Source of the DNA: an uncultured delta proteobacterium
GTDB lineage: Bacteria > Myxococcota_A > UBA9160 > SMWR01
NCBI GenBank assembly: GCA_963832165.1
Contig: CAWHTE010000001.1
Coordinates: 192,001-256,000 of the forward strand
DNA length: 64,000 nt
Reading direction: 5' to 3'
A model generated the notes under the pieces. The model was not told the origin of the DNA. It worked only from the letters and a program-made list of their open reading frames with translations, and did not search any database. Below are positions 24,511 to 36,317 of the stretch, piece by piece. The position numbers were made by a program, and so were the translations under genes. Each line of letters opens with the position of its first letter. The first letter of the stretch is position 1.

Positions 24511-25182
24511 ATGTCCACCGCACTCCTGCTCGCCGCCCTCTGGATCGCGTTCGCCGTCAGCCACATGGCGCTCTCGAGCCAGAGCTGGCGTCCCCGGCTC
24601 GTCACCGCGCTCGGCGAACGGGCGTTCCAGGGCCTCTATTCCCTGGTCGCGCTCGGGATCTTCGTGCCGCTCGTGGCGATCTACTTCGGGAACAAGCACA
24701 CGGGGCCCTATCTCGGCACGCTCGCGGGCGTCCCGGGGATGCGCTGGCTGATGTACGTGGGCATGGCGGCTGCGTTCGCGATGCTCGTCGCGGGGCTCGC
24801 GCGGCCTTCGCCCGCGGCGATCGCGCCGGGCGCGACCGAAGTGCGCGGCATCTACCACGTGACGCGTCATCCCGTGCTCATGAGCTTTGGGCTCTACGGC
24901 ATCCTGCACCTGTGCGTGGTCGCCGTGCACGCGACCGAGCTCGCGTTCTTCGCGGGCTTCCCGCTGTTCGTGTGGATCGGCACGCGCCACCAGGACCAGC
25001 GCAAGCTCGCGAGCGGCGGTGAGGCATTTCGGCGCTTCCACGACGCGACGCCGTTCACGCCGTTCTCGCGGCCCGCGGGCGTGCTCTCGGCGCTGCGCGA
25101 GCAGCCGATCCCGATCGCGCTCGGCGTCGTGCTCACGATCGCGGTGCGCTGGTTCCATCCGGCGCTGTTCGGGCCGGGGTAG
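24511..25182 (+). CDS. NnrU-family membrane protein
   Basis: Multi-TM; YSLVAL, VTRHP, HQD, TPFTPF. Confidence 0.8.
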   Translation: MSTALLLAALWIAFAVSHMALSSQSWRPRLVTALGERAFQGLYSLVALGIFVPLVAIYFGNKHTGPYLGTLAGVPGMRWLMYVGMAAAFAMLVAGLARPSPAAIAPGATEVRGIYHVTRHPVLMSFGLYGILHLCVVAVHATELAFFAGFPLFVWIGTRHQDQRKLASGGEAFRRFHDATPFTPFSRPAGVLSALREQPIPIALGVVLTIAVRWFHPALFGPG

Positions 25183-25229
25183 CGCTCCGCCTATACTCCG
25201 CGCGCTTCACGGTAGAAGGAGGTATCGCG

Positions 25230-25607
25230 ATGCTGCGAGCCCAGGGTGTCCATCACGTCTCGTTCACGGTGCGCGATCTCGAGCGCTCGAAGCAGTTCTA
25301 CGGCGAGCTGCTCGGTCTCGAGACGATTCCTCGGCCTAATATGGGTATTGCGGGCGTCTGGTACCGCGCCGGCGCGGCCGAGATCCACCTGATCGCGATG
25401 CCCGCCGCGAGCGCCGAGCGCGCGGAGCAGAAGCTCACGCCGCTCGCGAATCACGCGGCGTTCGCGATCGACGACTACGCCAGCGCGCTGGCCGAGCTCG
25501 AGTCGCGTGGTCTCGAGGTGCAGCAGACCAGCCCCGAACGCGGGCAGCTCTGGGTGCAGGATCCGGATGGAAACGTGATCGAGCTGATCGTGCCGAGGGC
25601 TGGATGA
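25230..25607 (+). CDS. VOC/glyoxalase-family protein
   Basis: HHVS, FYGELLG, HAAF, DPDGNVIEL; strong AGGAGG RBS. Confidence 0.9.
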   Translation: MLRAQGVHHVSFTVRDLERSKQFYGELLGLETIPRPNMGIAGVWYRAGAAEIHLIAMPAASAERAEQKLTPLANHAAFAIDDYASALAELESRGLEVQQTSPERGQLWVQDPDGNVIELIVPRAG

Positions 25608-26782
25608 TTCTCCGCGTCCGGCGCGCACCGCGCGCGCGCAGCGGGATCGCGATGTTCGCACTCGCCGCGCTGTTCGCGTGCGATCGCGGCGCAGAGACCG
25701 CGCCTCCCCCGGAAGCCGCCGAGCCGGAGATCCCCGCGCCCACCGCGCCTGCCCCCGCGGCGCCGGTCGCGCCTCCCGCGCCGCAGGCCACCCATGCCGC
25801 TCCGCTCTCGCCGCACCGCCAGGCACTGATCGAGCGCGCGCGGGGCAACTTCGGCGTGCTGCCCAGCGAGGCGACGAGCTCGGCCAATCCCGTCACCGCC
25901 GAGAAGATCGAGCTCGGCCGGATGCTCTACTACGACGCGCGGCTCTCGAAGAACCACGACATCGCGTGCAGCGACTGTCACAAGCTCGACCGGTTCGGCG
26001 TCGACGGCGAGCGCACGTCCCCAGGTCACAAGGGACAGCGCGGCACGCGCAATTCGCCCACCGTGCTCAACGCCGCGCTCCAGGTCGCGCAGTTCTGGGA
26101 CGGCCGCGCGCCGAGCGTCGAGCAGCAGGCGAAAGAGCAGGTGCTGAAGCCGGTCGAGATGGCGATGTCGTCGGACGCCGCGGTGGTCGCCATGCTCGAG
26201 TCGATTCCGGGCTATGCGCCGCTGTTCAAGGCGGCGTTCCCGGGCGCGGTGAAGCCGATCACGTACGACAACATGGCGCGCGCGATCGGCGCGTTCGAGC
26301 GGCGGCTGATCACGCCGTCGCCGTTCGACGAGTTCCTCGCGGGCGATGCCACCGCGCTCGACGACGCCCAGATGCGCGGGCTCGAGATCTTTCTCGACAC
26401 GGGCTGTGGCACCTGCCATCAGGGCGTCGGGATCGGCGGCGGCATGTTCCAGAAGCTCGGCGCAGCGCTTCCCTATCCCACGAGCGACGAGGGCCGCGCC
26501 GCGGTCACCCACCAGGAGGTCGACAAGTACTTCTTCAAGGTGCCCATGCTGCGCAACGTCGCGAAGACCGCGCCCTACTTCCACGACGGCAGCCTCGCGA
26601 CGCTCGACGAGGCGATCCGCACGATGGCCAGGATCCAGCTCGGAAACGACCTCGCCGACGACCGCGTGACGTCGATCCGCGCATTCCTGGAGTCGCTCAC
26701 GGGCACCGTGGACGGCAGCTACGTGGCGCGCCCGGTGCTCCCGCAGAGCGGTCCCGACACACCCAAGGCGGATCCGAGCTAG
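25604..26782 (+). CDS. di-haem cytochrome c peroxidase, probable lipoprotein
   Basis: Two CxxCH motifs (CSDCH, CGTCH), RNSPTV, QFWDGRA, TAPYFHDGS; LFAC lipobox; start uncertain. Confidence 0.9.
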   Translation: MILRVRRAPRARSGIAMFALAALFACDRGAETAPPPEAAEPEIPAPTAPAPAAPVAPPAPQATHAAPLSPHRQALIERARGNFGVLPSEATSSANPVTAEKIELGRMLYYDARLSKNHDIACSDCHKLDRFGVDGERTSPGHKGQRGTRNSPTVLNAALQVAQFWDGRAPSVEQQAKEQVLKPVEMAMSSDAAVVAMLESIPGYAPLFKAAFPGAVKPITYDNMARAIGAFERRLITPSPFDEFLAGDATALDDAQMRGLEIFLDTGCGTCHQGVGIGGGMFQKLGAALPYPTSDEGRAAVTHQEVDKYFFKVPMLRNVAKTAPYFHDGSLATLDEAIRTMARIQLGNDLADDRVTSIRAFLESLTGTVDGSYVARPVLPQSGPDTPKADPS

Positions 26783-26819
26783 TCTATTCGATCCTGTTGC
26801 GCGCCAAGGGAGAGCGCCC

Positions 26820-27906
<1,087 letters not shown>

Positions 27907-27923
<17 letters not shown>

Positions 27924-28611
27924 ACAAGAGGTGCGTGTAGAACACGGGCACGGGTCCGACCGTGCCCTCGGCGGTCGACCGGCGCAGATACTCGGTGTAG
28001 TCCATCTCGGTGAGCGCGGCGCGCGCGTCGGGTGCGAAGAAGCCGTCCGGGAGCTCGAGGTCGCTCTGCCAGTTCACGTAGTCGGTGGTGCGCTGCTCGC
28101 CGGATTCGCGGTCGAAGATCTCGATGCGCAGCGGGATGCGCAGCGCGTCCTGCGTCACCCAGAGCTCGCGACGGCCGAGCTCGTCGGTGAGGCGGTAGAT
28201 GCCCGCGCGCCGTCCCACCACGGTCTCCTCGCGCACGAGCTCGGCGCCCTGGCCGGTCAGGATGTCGTACTCGCGCGCGAACGGGCGCTCGTCCGCGCGG
28301 TCGGCGGCCACCGCGGCGGGCTCGCGGCGGATCGACAAGCCCTGGCCCGTGAGTCCGTCGTAGGCGTAGTAGCGGTCTCCGCGCACGATCGTCACGATCT
28401 TGTGTCCCGCCACCACGGTCTCGGCGCGCAGCGACGCTCCCTTCGACCACAGATGGGTCACGTTGAGGCCCGCCGATCCACGCGTGAGCGCCTGCGCATA
28501 CCAGGTGGCGGGCCCGGCCGGCTTCTTGGGCTCCTCCGCGGCGGCAGGGAGAGCGGCCGCGAGCATCAGCACGGCGAGCATCGCGAGGCGCGGGACGAGC
28601 GACGTGGGCAC
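27907..28611 (-). CDS. secreted hypothetical protein (possible LolA-like fold)
   Basis: Signal peptide; LWVTQD..IPLRIE and FFAP patterns. Confidence 0.6.
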
Positions 28612-28639
28612 GCGGGGCTAGGCTAGCTTTCCCGGGCTC

Positions 28640-29443
28640 ATGAGCCACGCAGAGGGCGCTCGGCTAGTCGTGCAGCTCGCACTCAGCATCGCGGGATCGG
28701 ATCCCACGGGCGGCGCCGGCCTGCAGGCCGACCTCCAGGTGTTCCGCAAGCTCGGCGTTCACGGGATGGGCGTGGTCACCGCGCTCACGGTGCAGGACAC
28801 GACGCGTGTGCACGAGGTGCTGCCCGTGTTTCCCAGCGTCGTGCTGAAGCAGCTGCGCGCGGTGCTGCGCAGCACGCCGCCCGATGCGCTCAAGCTCGGG
28901 ATGCTCGCGAGCGACGATGTGGCGCGCAACGTCGAGCTCGGGTTGCGCGAGCTCGACCCCGCGCGCCGCACGCCGATCGTGATCGACCCCGTGCTCGCGG
29001 CCAGCGACGGCACGCTGCTGCTCGAGCGGCGCGCCTACGGGACGCTCCAGGACCTGATCAGCCGCGCACACGTCGTGACTCCGAATCTGCTCGAGGCCGC
29101 GGCGCTCACGGGCATCGACGTTTCGACGCGCGAAGGCGTCGAGGCTGCGGCCGCGCAGCTCGTCTCGGGTCTCGGCGCGCGCGCGGCGCTCGTGAAGGGC
29201 GGGCACCGCGACGGCCCGCCCGACGATCTGCTCGCGCTGCGCGAGGGCGGCAGCGTCTCGTTCCACTGGCTTCCAGGCGAGCGCATTCCGGGCGGGCCTG
29301 TGCACGGAACGGGATGTGCGCTGTCGTCGGCGATCACGGCGCATCTCGCGCGCGGCGCCGAGCTGCGCGACGCGGTCGAGCGCGCGCGCGAGTTCGTGCG
29401 CGAGGCGATCCGCAACGCCCAGGCGCGATTGCTGGTGTACTGA
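28640..29443 (+). CDS. thiD: hydroxymethylpyrimidine/phosphomethylpyrimidine kinase
   Basis: IAGSDPTGGAGLQADL, TPNLLEA, KGGH, HGTGC. Confidence 0.95.
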   Translation: MSHAEGARLVVQLALSIAGSDPTGGAGLQADLQVFRKLGVHGMGVVTALTVQDTTRVHEVLPVFPSVVLKQLRAVLRSTPPDALKLGMLASDDVARNVELGLRELDPARRTPIVIDPVLAASDGTLLLERRAYGTLQDLISRAHVVTPNLLEAAALTGIDVSTREGVEAAAAQLVSGLGARAALVKGGHRDGPPDDLLALREGGSVSFHWLPGERIPGGPVHGTGCALSSAITAHLARGAELRDAVERAREFVREAIRNAQARLLVY

Positions 29444-30031
29444 ATGAACGTCGGATGGCGCAGCGCGCTCGTGCTCTGGCTCGTGCTCGGCTGCGCGACG
29501 ACGGTGGAAGACCTCCCGCTGCTCGAATCGCGTGCGCGCGCGGACTTCGAAGCGGGCCGCACCGAAGAGGCGATCGAGACGATGGAGCGCGCGGTCGCGC
29601 TCGCGCCCGACGACGCCGAGGCGCACTTCCTGCTCGGCGTGATGAAGCTGCGCACCGACCGCGTGATCGAGGCCGAGGCCGAGCTCGCGCGCGCGGTCGC
29701 GCTCGCGCCACGCGATGCAAAGATCCTCGCGGCGCACGGCATCGCGTTGCGCGCGCAGAAGAACTGGAGCGCGGCGGAGCGCGCGTTCCTGCGCTCGCTG
29801 CTGCTCGAGCCCGGCGACTCGAGCACGCTCGCCGCGCTCGGGGAGCTCTATCACCTCTCGGGCGACTTCGAGAAGTGCGTCGTGCGCTACGAACAGTTCG
29901 TGTGGCAGCTCGAGCAGCGCAATCCGGAGACGCTCACCGCGACCGAGCAGCGCGCGCTCGAGTCCGCGCGCGGGAAGGTCACCGAGTGCGGCGACGCCGC
30001 GCGCGCGATGAAGATCGAGGACACGCGCTAG
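29444..30031 (+). CDS. TPR lipoprotein
   Basis: VLGC lipobox; TPR helices. Confidence 0.8.
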   Translation: MNVGWRSALVLWLVLGCATTVEDLPLLESRARADFEAGRTEEAIETMERAVALAPDDAEAHFLLGVMKLRTDRVIEAEAELARAVALAPRDAKILAAHGIALRAQKNWSAAERAFLRSLLLEPGDSSTLAALGELYHLSGDFEKCVVRYEQFVWQLEQRNPETLTATEQRALESARGKVTECGDAARAMKIEDTR

Positions 30032-31392
30032 TTCTTCGTGCGCTCGAGGATCTCTCGCGCGGCGCGCTCGCCGGACCGCACCGCCCCGTCGATCGCGCCG
30101 TGGGAGACCGTAGCCGTCTCGGTACCGGCCCAGTGGACGCGTCCGAACGGCTCCCGCAACAGGTGTCCGTAGCGCGTGAGCGTGCCGAGCGTGAAGTGCG
30201 CCATCGAGCATCCGCGCGACCATTCCTCGGTCTTCCACGAGGTCTCGATGAAATCGGATGGGTTCGCCGCGCGCGGGCCCAGCCGCGAGGCGAGCGCGTC
30301 GAGCACCGATTTCCGGCGCACGCCGGGGTCGAGCGACGCCAGCCGCTGCGAGACCGGCCCGAACGTGAACGCTGCGATCACGCCCGGCCTCCCCGACGCG
30401 GGACCCGCATCGATCGTCACCTCGGCAGCCGATCCGGGCTCTGCCGTCTGGCCGCTGTAGCCGTCGGCGCGCCAGAACGGCTCGTCGTACACGACGAGCG
30501 TCTTGGTCGCCCACCCGCCGATCGCGTTGCGGTAGAGCGCCGCGCGGTCCTCGGGAAGAGCCGGGTCGAATGCGATCTCGAGCGCGAGCGCGGGCGGAGT
30601 CGACACCACGACGTGTCGCGCCTGCACGGTGAGCGCATCGCCCGCGACGAGCACGTGTCCGTTCCGCTGAGTGATCGCTCGGACGGGCGTACTCAGCCGG
30701 ACCGACCCGCCCAGCTCGTCGGCCACCCTGCGCGCGATCGAGCCCGCGCCGCCGTTCACGAGGTTCTCTTGCGCGCCGTTCTCGATCGAGAACAGCGTAT
30801 CGATGCTGCCGTGCGTGTGCGCCAGGTACAGAAGATGGAGCAGCGACGCCTCCGACAGATCGGCCGTCATGCAGCCGCGCACCGCCGACTCGAAGAGATC
30901 GCGCGCGATCTGCGTGCGGATCCCCGACCGCTCGAGCCACGATGCGATCGAGCACGCATCCCACTCGGCCGCGCGCGGCGCTGTCCAGGGCGCCTCGATC
31001 GGCACCTGCCGCGCCATCCGGTTGATCTTCCACTGCGCGAGCGCGAGCGTGAGGACCGCGAGCGGGCTGATCTTCGGAATCAGTCCCGTGTAGCGGCGCA
31101 CTCGCCCGTCGCCCACCAGGAGATGGGCGCCCTTCACCCACGTCTTGTACGTGGTCACGCCCATCTCTTTGGCGAGGCCGAAGATCGCGTCGTCCTTGGG
31201 GCCGAGCCATCCACCGCCGCGATCGACGGCCGAGCCGTCCGCGAGATGATGCGTCCAGATCCGGCCGCCCACGCGGTCGCGCGCCTCGAGCACGACGACC
31301 GACTGGCCCGCTTGGCTCAGTCGGCGCGCCGCGGTGAGCCCCGCATAGCCCGCACCGACCACACAGACATCACATTCCAATCGATCGGCCAC
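30028..31392 (-). CDS. flavin monoamine oxidase family protein
   Basis: VVGAGYAGL, EARDRVGGR, HWAGTETA, DGAVRSGERAA. Confidence 0.92.
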   Translation of the reverse strand: MADRLECDVCVVGAGYAGLTAARRLSQAGQSVVVLEARDRVGGRIWTHHLADGSAVDRGGGWLGPKDDAIFGLAKEMGVTTYKTWVKGAHLLVGDGRVRRYTGLIPKISPLAVLTLALAQWKINRMARQVPIEAPWTAPRAAEWDACSIASWLERSGIRTQIARDLFESAVRGCMTADLSEASLLHLLYLAHTHGSIDTLFSIENGAQENLVNGGAGSIARRVADELGGSVRLSTPVRAITQRNGHVLVAGDALTVQARHVVVSTPPALALEIAFDPALPEDRAALYRNAIGGWATKTLVVYDEPFWRADGYSGQTAEPGSAAEVTIDAGPASGRPGVIAAFTFGPVSQRLASLDPGVRRKSVLDALASRLGPRAANPSDFIETSWKTEEWSRGCSMAHFTLGTLTRYGHLLREPFGRVHWAGTETATVSHGAIDGAVRSGERAAREILERTKN

Positions 31393-31404
31393 GTCGCCAT
31401 ACCA

Positions 31405-31932
31405 TCACAGGTGCTTGGTCATGCGCAAGAGTGGAACGGGAGCTCCGCCGCGATCGTCCGTGATCCACTCGTGGGCCTCGTAGCCGCACGCGCGATAGAG
31501 CGGCTCGCCCGCCACCGTCGCCATGAGCTCGACCTGCCCGAAGCCCGCGCGCCGCGCCGCATCCTCGCACAGGGCGAGAATCAGCCTTCCCACACCCTGG
31601 CGCGCATGGTCCGGATCGGTGTACATCGCGCGCACGCGCGCGGCATCCACCGAGGGATCGAGCAGGGCGTCGCTGCGCCCGGGCGACTGGTCTCCGCCGT
31701 AGAGCGTGGCGCGGCGGCTCCAGCCGCCACAGCCCGCGAGCCGGCCCTCGGCTTCCACTACGAAATAGGTTCCGTCGTCGATGAGCTGCGTGTCGAGTCC
31801 CATGATCGTCCGGCTCGATTCGATCTGGCGTTCGTCGAGGTATGGCTTCTGCAATCGGGAGATCGACGCATCCATGAGCTCGCGCAGCGCATCGAGATCG
31901 CCGCGATGCGCGAGTCGGTGCGTCAGGATCAC
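31405..31932 (-). CDS. GNAT N-acetyltransferase
   Basis: GCGGWS, RAMYTDPDHARQGVG, GEPLYRACGY. Confidence 0.88.
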   Translation of the reverse strand: MILTHRLAHRGDLDALRELMDASISRLQKPYLDERQIESSRTIMGLDTQLIDDGTYFVVEAEGRLAGCGGWSRRATLYGGDQSPGRSDALLDPSVDAARVRAMYTDPDHARQGVGRLILALCEDAARRAGFGQVELMATVAGEPLYRACGYEAHEWITDDRGGAPVPLLRMTKHL

Positions 31933-32369
31933 GGCTGGGCCGCTGCCAGCAGGCGATGGATCGAGAGAAGACATCCGACACCGGCGCCGGCCACGATCAG
32001 CGAGAGGCCCACGCCCACGCGACACAGTCGTTGTATCCCGGGGCCCACGGCCACCCGCGCCGACCCCAGGCTCCACCAGCCCGACGGAGGCAACCTGTGC
32101 TCGCGGAGCCCGAGCTGGAAGTAGCGGATCAACAGGGCGCTCGAGACGAGCGCGAAGCCACAGACGGACAGGCCTAGCACGCGCAGGCCGGATTCGGCGG
32201 CGGCAAGCGCCGCCTCCGGGTCCGAAATGCGGAGCGTCTCCAGCCCCTGGAGGTATGCGTGAGTCCAGAGGTGCGCGGAGGCGCTCAGCACTGCGACGAG
32301 CGCGAGAGCGCAGAGCCAGGGGACCCAGAAGCGGGGGTCGCGCCGGGAGCGAAGGGTGTTCCACTCCAT
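31929..32369 (-). CDS. hypothetical membrane protein
   Basis: Three hydrophobic segments; GTGA overlap with GNAT. Confidence 0.65.
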   Translation of the reverse strand: MEWNTLRSRRDPRFWVPWLCALALVAVLSASAHLWTHAYLQGLETLRISDPEAALAAAESGLRVLGLSVCGFALVSSALLIRYFQLGLREHRLPPSGWWSLGSARVAVGPGIQRLCRVGVGLSLIVAGAGVGCLLSIHRLLAAAQP

Positions 32370-32402
32370 GGTCAGGCCACGTGCCCTCCGCGGCGCCAGG
32401 CC

Positions 32403-33242
32403 TCAGCTCTCGCCGGTATCGGCTGCCATCATCTGGGCGTACCCGGCACGCATCACGCCCGACAGACGGTCGAACAGCGCGTCGGGATCCTTCCGGCGCA
32501 GCTCCGCGAGGTCGCGCTCGAAGCCCGTCGCCATCACGAGCTCCCGTTTCCCGGTCTCGATCGCCGATAGGATCGCCTCCGCAGATTCGGCAGGCGAAAC
32601 GCCCTTCTCGATCGCCGTATCGCTCACGCCGCGCCTCGAGCCGTCGGCGACGAGCGCGTTCCTCGACACGTTGGTCTTGACCGAGCCCGGGGCGATGACG
32701 TGCACCTGAACGCCCAGATGCTCGTTCTCCGCGCGAACCGCATCGTGATAGCCGACCAGCCCGTGCTTGGCTGCACAGTACGCCGACCGCAGCGGCGCTC
32801 CGAAGACTCCCGCGACACTCGAGATCGCGACGATCCGACCTCCACCGGTCTGCACCATCTTCGGGAGCACCGCTTGGGTGAGAGCGATCGGGCCTAGCAG
32901 ATCGACCGCGATGATCTGCTGATAGACCGCGAACGCGGTTTCGGCGGCGAGTGAGCGCTGCGAGATTCCGGCGTTGTTGACGAGGCCGTCGATCCGTCCC
33001 TTCCAGGACCAGGCACGCTCGACGATCTCGGGAATCGCGTCGAAATCCGTCGCTTCGAAGGGAAGCGCGAGTGCATCGCCGCAATCCTTCGCGACCGCGC
33101 CGAGGGCGGCGGCATTGCGCCCGGACAGGACGAGCCGCGCACCCCGCGCGGCCAGGGCGCGCGCAAGGGCCTCGCCGATTCCCGACGACGCGCCCGTGAT
33201 CCACCAGCATCGGCCTTGGAACATGGGAACCTCTTCCAGCAC
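32403..33242 (-). CDS. SDR-family oxidoreductase
   Basis: TGASSGIG, NNAG, YCAAK. Confidence 0.92.
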   Translation of the reverse strand: MLEEVPMFQGRCWWITGASSGIGEALARALAARGARLVLSGRNAAALGAVAKDCGDALALPFEATDFDAIPEIVERAWSWKGRIDGLVNNAGISQRSLAAETAFAVYQQIIAVDLLGPIALTQAVLPKMVQTGGGRIVAISSVAGVFGAPLRSAYCAAKHGLVGYHDAVRAENEHLGVQVHVIAPGSVKTNVSRNALVADGSRRGVSDTAIEKGVSPAESAEAILSAIETGKRELVMATGFERDLAELRRKDPDALFDRLSGVMRAGYAQMMAADTGES

Positions 33243-33247
33243 TACAT

Positions 33248-33622
33248 CTACTGGAACACGCTGCGGACGGCGGCGGCGTCGAGGTACTCGAAGAGGCGCT
33301 CGATCCGTCCCCCGGAGACATAGATGACGATGCAGACGGGCGCGGCGACGAGCTCACCGGATGCGAGCTTTCCGTGGAGAATGTGACGCTGAACGAATCC
33401 ACCTGCGAAGAAGTCTCGGGCGAGGATTTCGTAGCGACGCTCGGAGACGCGCCCGGTGAAGTATCGCAAGAGCGCCAGATTCTCGTCGCGCGTCTGCGAT
33501 TTGCCCGTGACGTTGTGCCAGATCTCCACGTCGGGCGAATAGAGCTCGCCAACGGCATCCAGGTCGCCCCGCTCGATCGCGGAGAACAGAGCCGTGGCGA
33601 CCGTCTCGATCGGATTGCTCAA
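33248..33622 (-). CDS. NTF2/SnoaL-like protein
   Basis: IWHN, IERLFEYLD C-terminus. Confidence 0.8.
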   Translation of the reverse strand: MSNPIETVATALFSAIERGDLDAVGELYSPDVEIWHNVTGKSQTRDENLALLRYFTGRVSERRYEILARDFFAGGFVQRHILHGKLASGELVAAPVCIVIYVSGGRIERLFEYLDAAAVRSVFQ

Positions 33623-33682
33623 GGGTCGACCCTCATCGGATCAGGCGGGGTGTGCCGTTGGAGTACAAGCATATGCCATCCC

Positions 33683-34090
33683 TCAGGACTGCGAGGCTTC
33701 TCGCTTGAACGAGAGAGCCAGATAGAGGGCACCGAGCACCGAGCTCCCGAAGATGAGAAGACGGGAGAGGGGAGACGAGAACTCGTAGCTCGGGTCGCCC
33801 GCGGACAACGCATGCATCAACCCGTGGACGACGAGGAAAGCGCTGATCACGAGTCGCGAGAGCCCGCGAATGCGTTCGTCTCTGCTCGCAACGAGCGCGA
33901 TCAAGATGGCGAAGAGAGGAACATGGGCCGCGATGAATACCCACATTCCAGTGTCGTCGGGTAGCGTCCCGAGCAACGGCATTCCGCGCCACTCGTGGTT
34001 CGGAACTGCATCGATCTCGTGCGTGAACAGTGATCCCAGACCGAGATAGAACGCGATGTCACGTATCCGGTGCACGAGCGAAGTGCTCAT
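33683..34090 (-). CDS. small membrane protein (DUF6713-like)
   Basis: THEIDA..HEWR, HVPL, HGLMH; four TM segments. Confidence 0.7.
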   Translation of the reverse strand: MSTSLVHRIRDIAFYLGLGSLFTHEIDAVPNHEWRGMPLLGTLPDDTGMWVFIAAHVPLFAILIALVASRDERIRGLSRLVISAFLVVHGLMHALSAGDPSYEFSSPLSRLLIFGSSVLGALYLALSFKREASQS

Positions 34091-34605
34091 TCCCGCCGCC
34101 CGAAGGATCGCGGTTCAGCTGCGGCACCGCCACGGATCAGCAAGATGAGGCACGCCACGTGGCTGATGACGAGGGGTGGACCCGCGAACACCGGGACATA
34201 CCACTGCGCCGCCATGTGTGTGATGGCTCCCGTGGCAGCGGCGTGAGGGAACGCAATCAGGAGGTCGAGAGAACCCACGACGGTGCAAGCCCATGCCAGA
34301 CCGCGAGCTGAGGTCCACCCGCGGCGCAACCCCGTGAAAGCCAACGCTGCCAGAAGTGCGGTGAGGGAATCGCCGATTGCAGTGGAGACGGCGAACTCCA
34401 TGGGCATGCCCGGCGACAGATTGGGCACCAGGAGACCCACCCCGAGGACACGGAACATCTCTGGCGCTACCCAAACGCTCAGTCTCGACTCGGGCGAAAG
34501 TCGCGCGGACCACGGCCAGAGCACGAAGTACGTGATGAGACACCAGGCGGTGAGGAACCACAGGAACTGCAAGACGAAGATGACGAGCGGTTCCACTTGG
34601 ACCAT
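34087..34605 (-). CDS. hypothetical membrane protein
   Basis: Multi-TM ORF (FRVLG, AIGD, GSLDL); 3' end reads through an attC remnant. Confidence 0.7.
   Translation of the reverse strand: MVQVEPLVIFVLQFLWFLTAWCLITYFVLWPWSARLSPESRLSVWVAPEMFRVLGVGLLVPNLSPGMPMEFAVSTAIGDSLTALLAALAFTGLRRGWTSARGLAWACTVVGSLDLLIAFPHAAATGAITHMAAQWYVPVFAGPPLVISHVACLILLIRGGAAAEPRSFGRRE
34095..34125 (-). repeat. attC remnant (L'-R' arm, degenerate core)
   Basis: GCCGCCCGAAGGATCGCGGTTCAGCTGCGGC shares GGATCGCGGTTCAGCT with 43518-43533. Confidence 0.65.
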
Positions 34606-34607
34606 GA

Positions 34608-35027
34608 CTAGGATTTCGCCTTCTTCGAAGGCTTCGACTTGCGAGAGCTGTTGAGCGCGACCGCCTGGCGAACGAGCGCCTTGAAGGCGGACGCGTCGAC
34701 TGAGTCTCCTTCGTGGATGTCGATCGCGCGGCGTACTTTCCCGTCGAGACTCGCGTTGAAGAGACGGGCCGGATCCTTCAGGGACGCGCCCTTGGCGAAG
34801 GTGAGCTTCACGACATTCTTGTAGGACTCGCCAGTGCAGAGGATGCCGTCGTGCGACCAGACCGGAGTGCCCATCCACTTCCACTCCTCGACGACGTCCG
34901 GGTCTGCCTCCTGGATGAGCTTGCGCATCCGGCTGAGGGTCTCCCCGCGCCAGTCCCCGAGCTCGGCGATTCTCTTCGAGATGAGCCCCGATGCCGACTG
35001 GCCTCGGCTCGCGCCCGACTTCTTCAT
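34608..35027 (-). CDS. DUF1801-domain protein
   Basis: [34 protein letters not shown]. Confidence 0.9.
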   Translation of the reverse strand: MKKSGASRGQSASGLISKRIAELGDWRGETLSRMRKLIQEADPDVVEEWKWMGTPVWSHDGILCTGESYKNVVKLTFAKGASLKDPARLFNASLDGKVRRAIDIHEGDSVDASAFKALVRQAVALNSSRKSKPSKKAKS

Positions 35028-35068
35028 GCTTTCATCCCTCTACCAGTTTCGGGAAGGCGCAGGACGAT

Positions 35069-35087
35069 CTGCAGCGCACCGTTAGGC
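35069..35087 (-). repeat. attC remnant (R''-L'' arm)
   Basis: Minus strand GCCTAAC-GGTGC-GCTGCAG just after the GFA stop. Confidence 0.65.
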
Positions 35088-35098
35088 GGAAGGTCGCC

Positions 35099-35375
35099 TC
35101 AGCCGAGACCAAGGCGCTCGTGCCACTCAGCGATCGACTCCTCGGGAAAGTGCGGATACAGCTTGTCCTGAGGATCAGACCGGACTTGCACCCAGGAGGC
35201 CTTCGAGTCGAGCAGGAGATGCGTCCGCTCCGGGGGGACAGGAAGCGGGGTATCGATGGCGGATGCGAGCGGGTGCACCAACTCGGGCCAGCGAGGATCC
35301 CACATCCAGAGGTGGCTTCCACAGAGCGCGCAGAAGTGGCGCCTCCCGGGACTCTGGTGGGGAGCAGACTCACCC
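35099..35375 (-). pseudogene. 3' fragment of a GFA-family protein
   Basis: Reads SPGRRHFCALCGSHLWMWDPRWPELVHPLASAID; 5' part replaced by the IS3 remnant. Confidence 0.75.
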
Positions 35376-35377
35376 GG

Positions 35378-36317
35378 ATACTTCCTGAAAAAAGCGCTGG
35401 CCTACTTCGCGGACGACCAGAAGTGAAGTTCCGGTTCGTCCAGGAGCACCGGGAGACCTTCCGGGTAGGCATGATGTGCAAGGTCCTGAAGGTCTCCCGC
35501 AGTGGATACTACGCCTGGCGCGAGCGTCAGCCAAGTCGACGCGAGCGCGAAGATCGTGTGCTCGCCGGACGGATCCATGCGATCCATCGCGAGAGCCGGG
35601 AGACCTACGGCTCGCCTCGGATCCATGCCCGATTGCGTCGGGAAGGAGAGACGGTGGGTCGCCATCGCGTGGCCCGTCTGATGCGCTGGGAGGGGCTGCA
35701 GGGCTGTGCGAAGCAGCGCTTCCGGCGAACGGCCACCGTGCGCGCGGAGCTTCCGGCTGCACCGAATCTCTTGAACGGTAATTTCTCTGCGAAAGTGGCC
35801 AATCGGGTCTGGGTCGCCGACATCACTCAAGTGCGAACCCGCGAGGGTTGGCTCTATCTCGCGATCGTGCTCGACCTCTTCTCCCGCAAGGTCGTCGGTC
35901 ACGCCAGTGCCTCGACCCCGCGCCAGGAGCTCGCTCTCGAAGCTCTCGATCGAGCCCTTCGCATCCGCCGACCCCAACTCGGAACTGATCCATCACAGCG
36001 ATCGCGGTGGGCAGTACCTGAGTGCCGAATATCAGGACCGTCTGGATCGCCACGGCATCGTCTGCAGCATGAGCCGTCCAGGTCGATGCGCGGACAACGC
36101 CGCGGCCGAGAGCTTCTTCCACACGCTGAAGACGGAGTGGCTCTACCACTTCGACTTCTTCACTCGCGAAGAGGCTCGGCTGGCGATCTTCGACTACGTC
36201 GAAGCCTTCTACAACCGGAACCGCTTGCACTCCAGTCTCGACTACCACTCACCCGAGGAGTATGAAACACTGCACAATGCTGCTTGAAACCCCGTCCACT
36301 TTATCGGGGCAAGATCC
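35378..36317 (+). mobile_element. truncated IS3-family element (orfA tail, orfB with frameshift ~35980-35992, right IR)
   Basis: FLKKALAYF with AAAAAAG slip site 35388-35394; [30 protein letters not shown]-like GTCCACTTTATCGGGGCAAGATC. Confidence 0.9.
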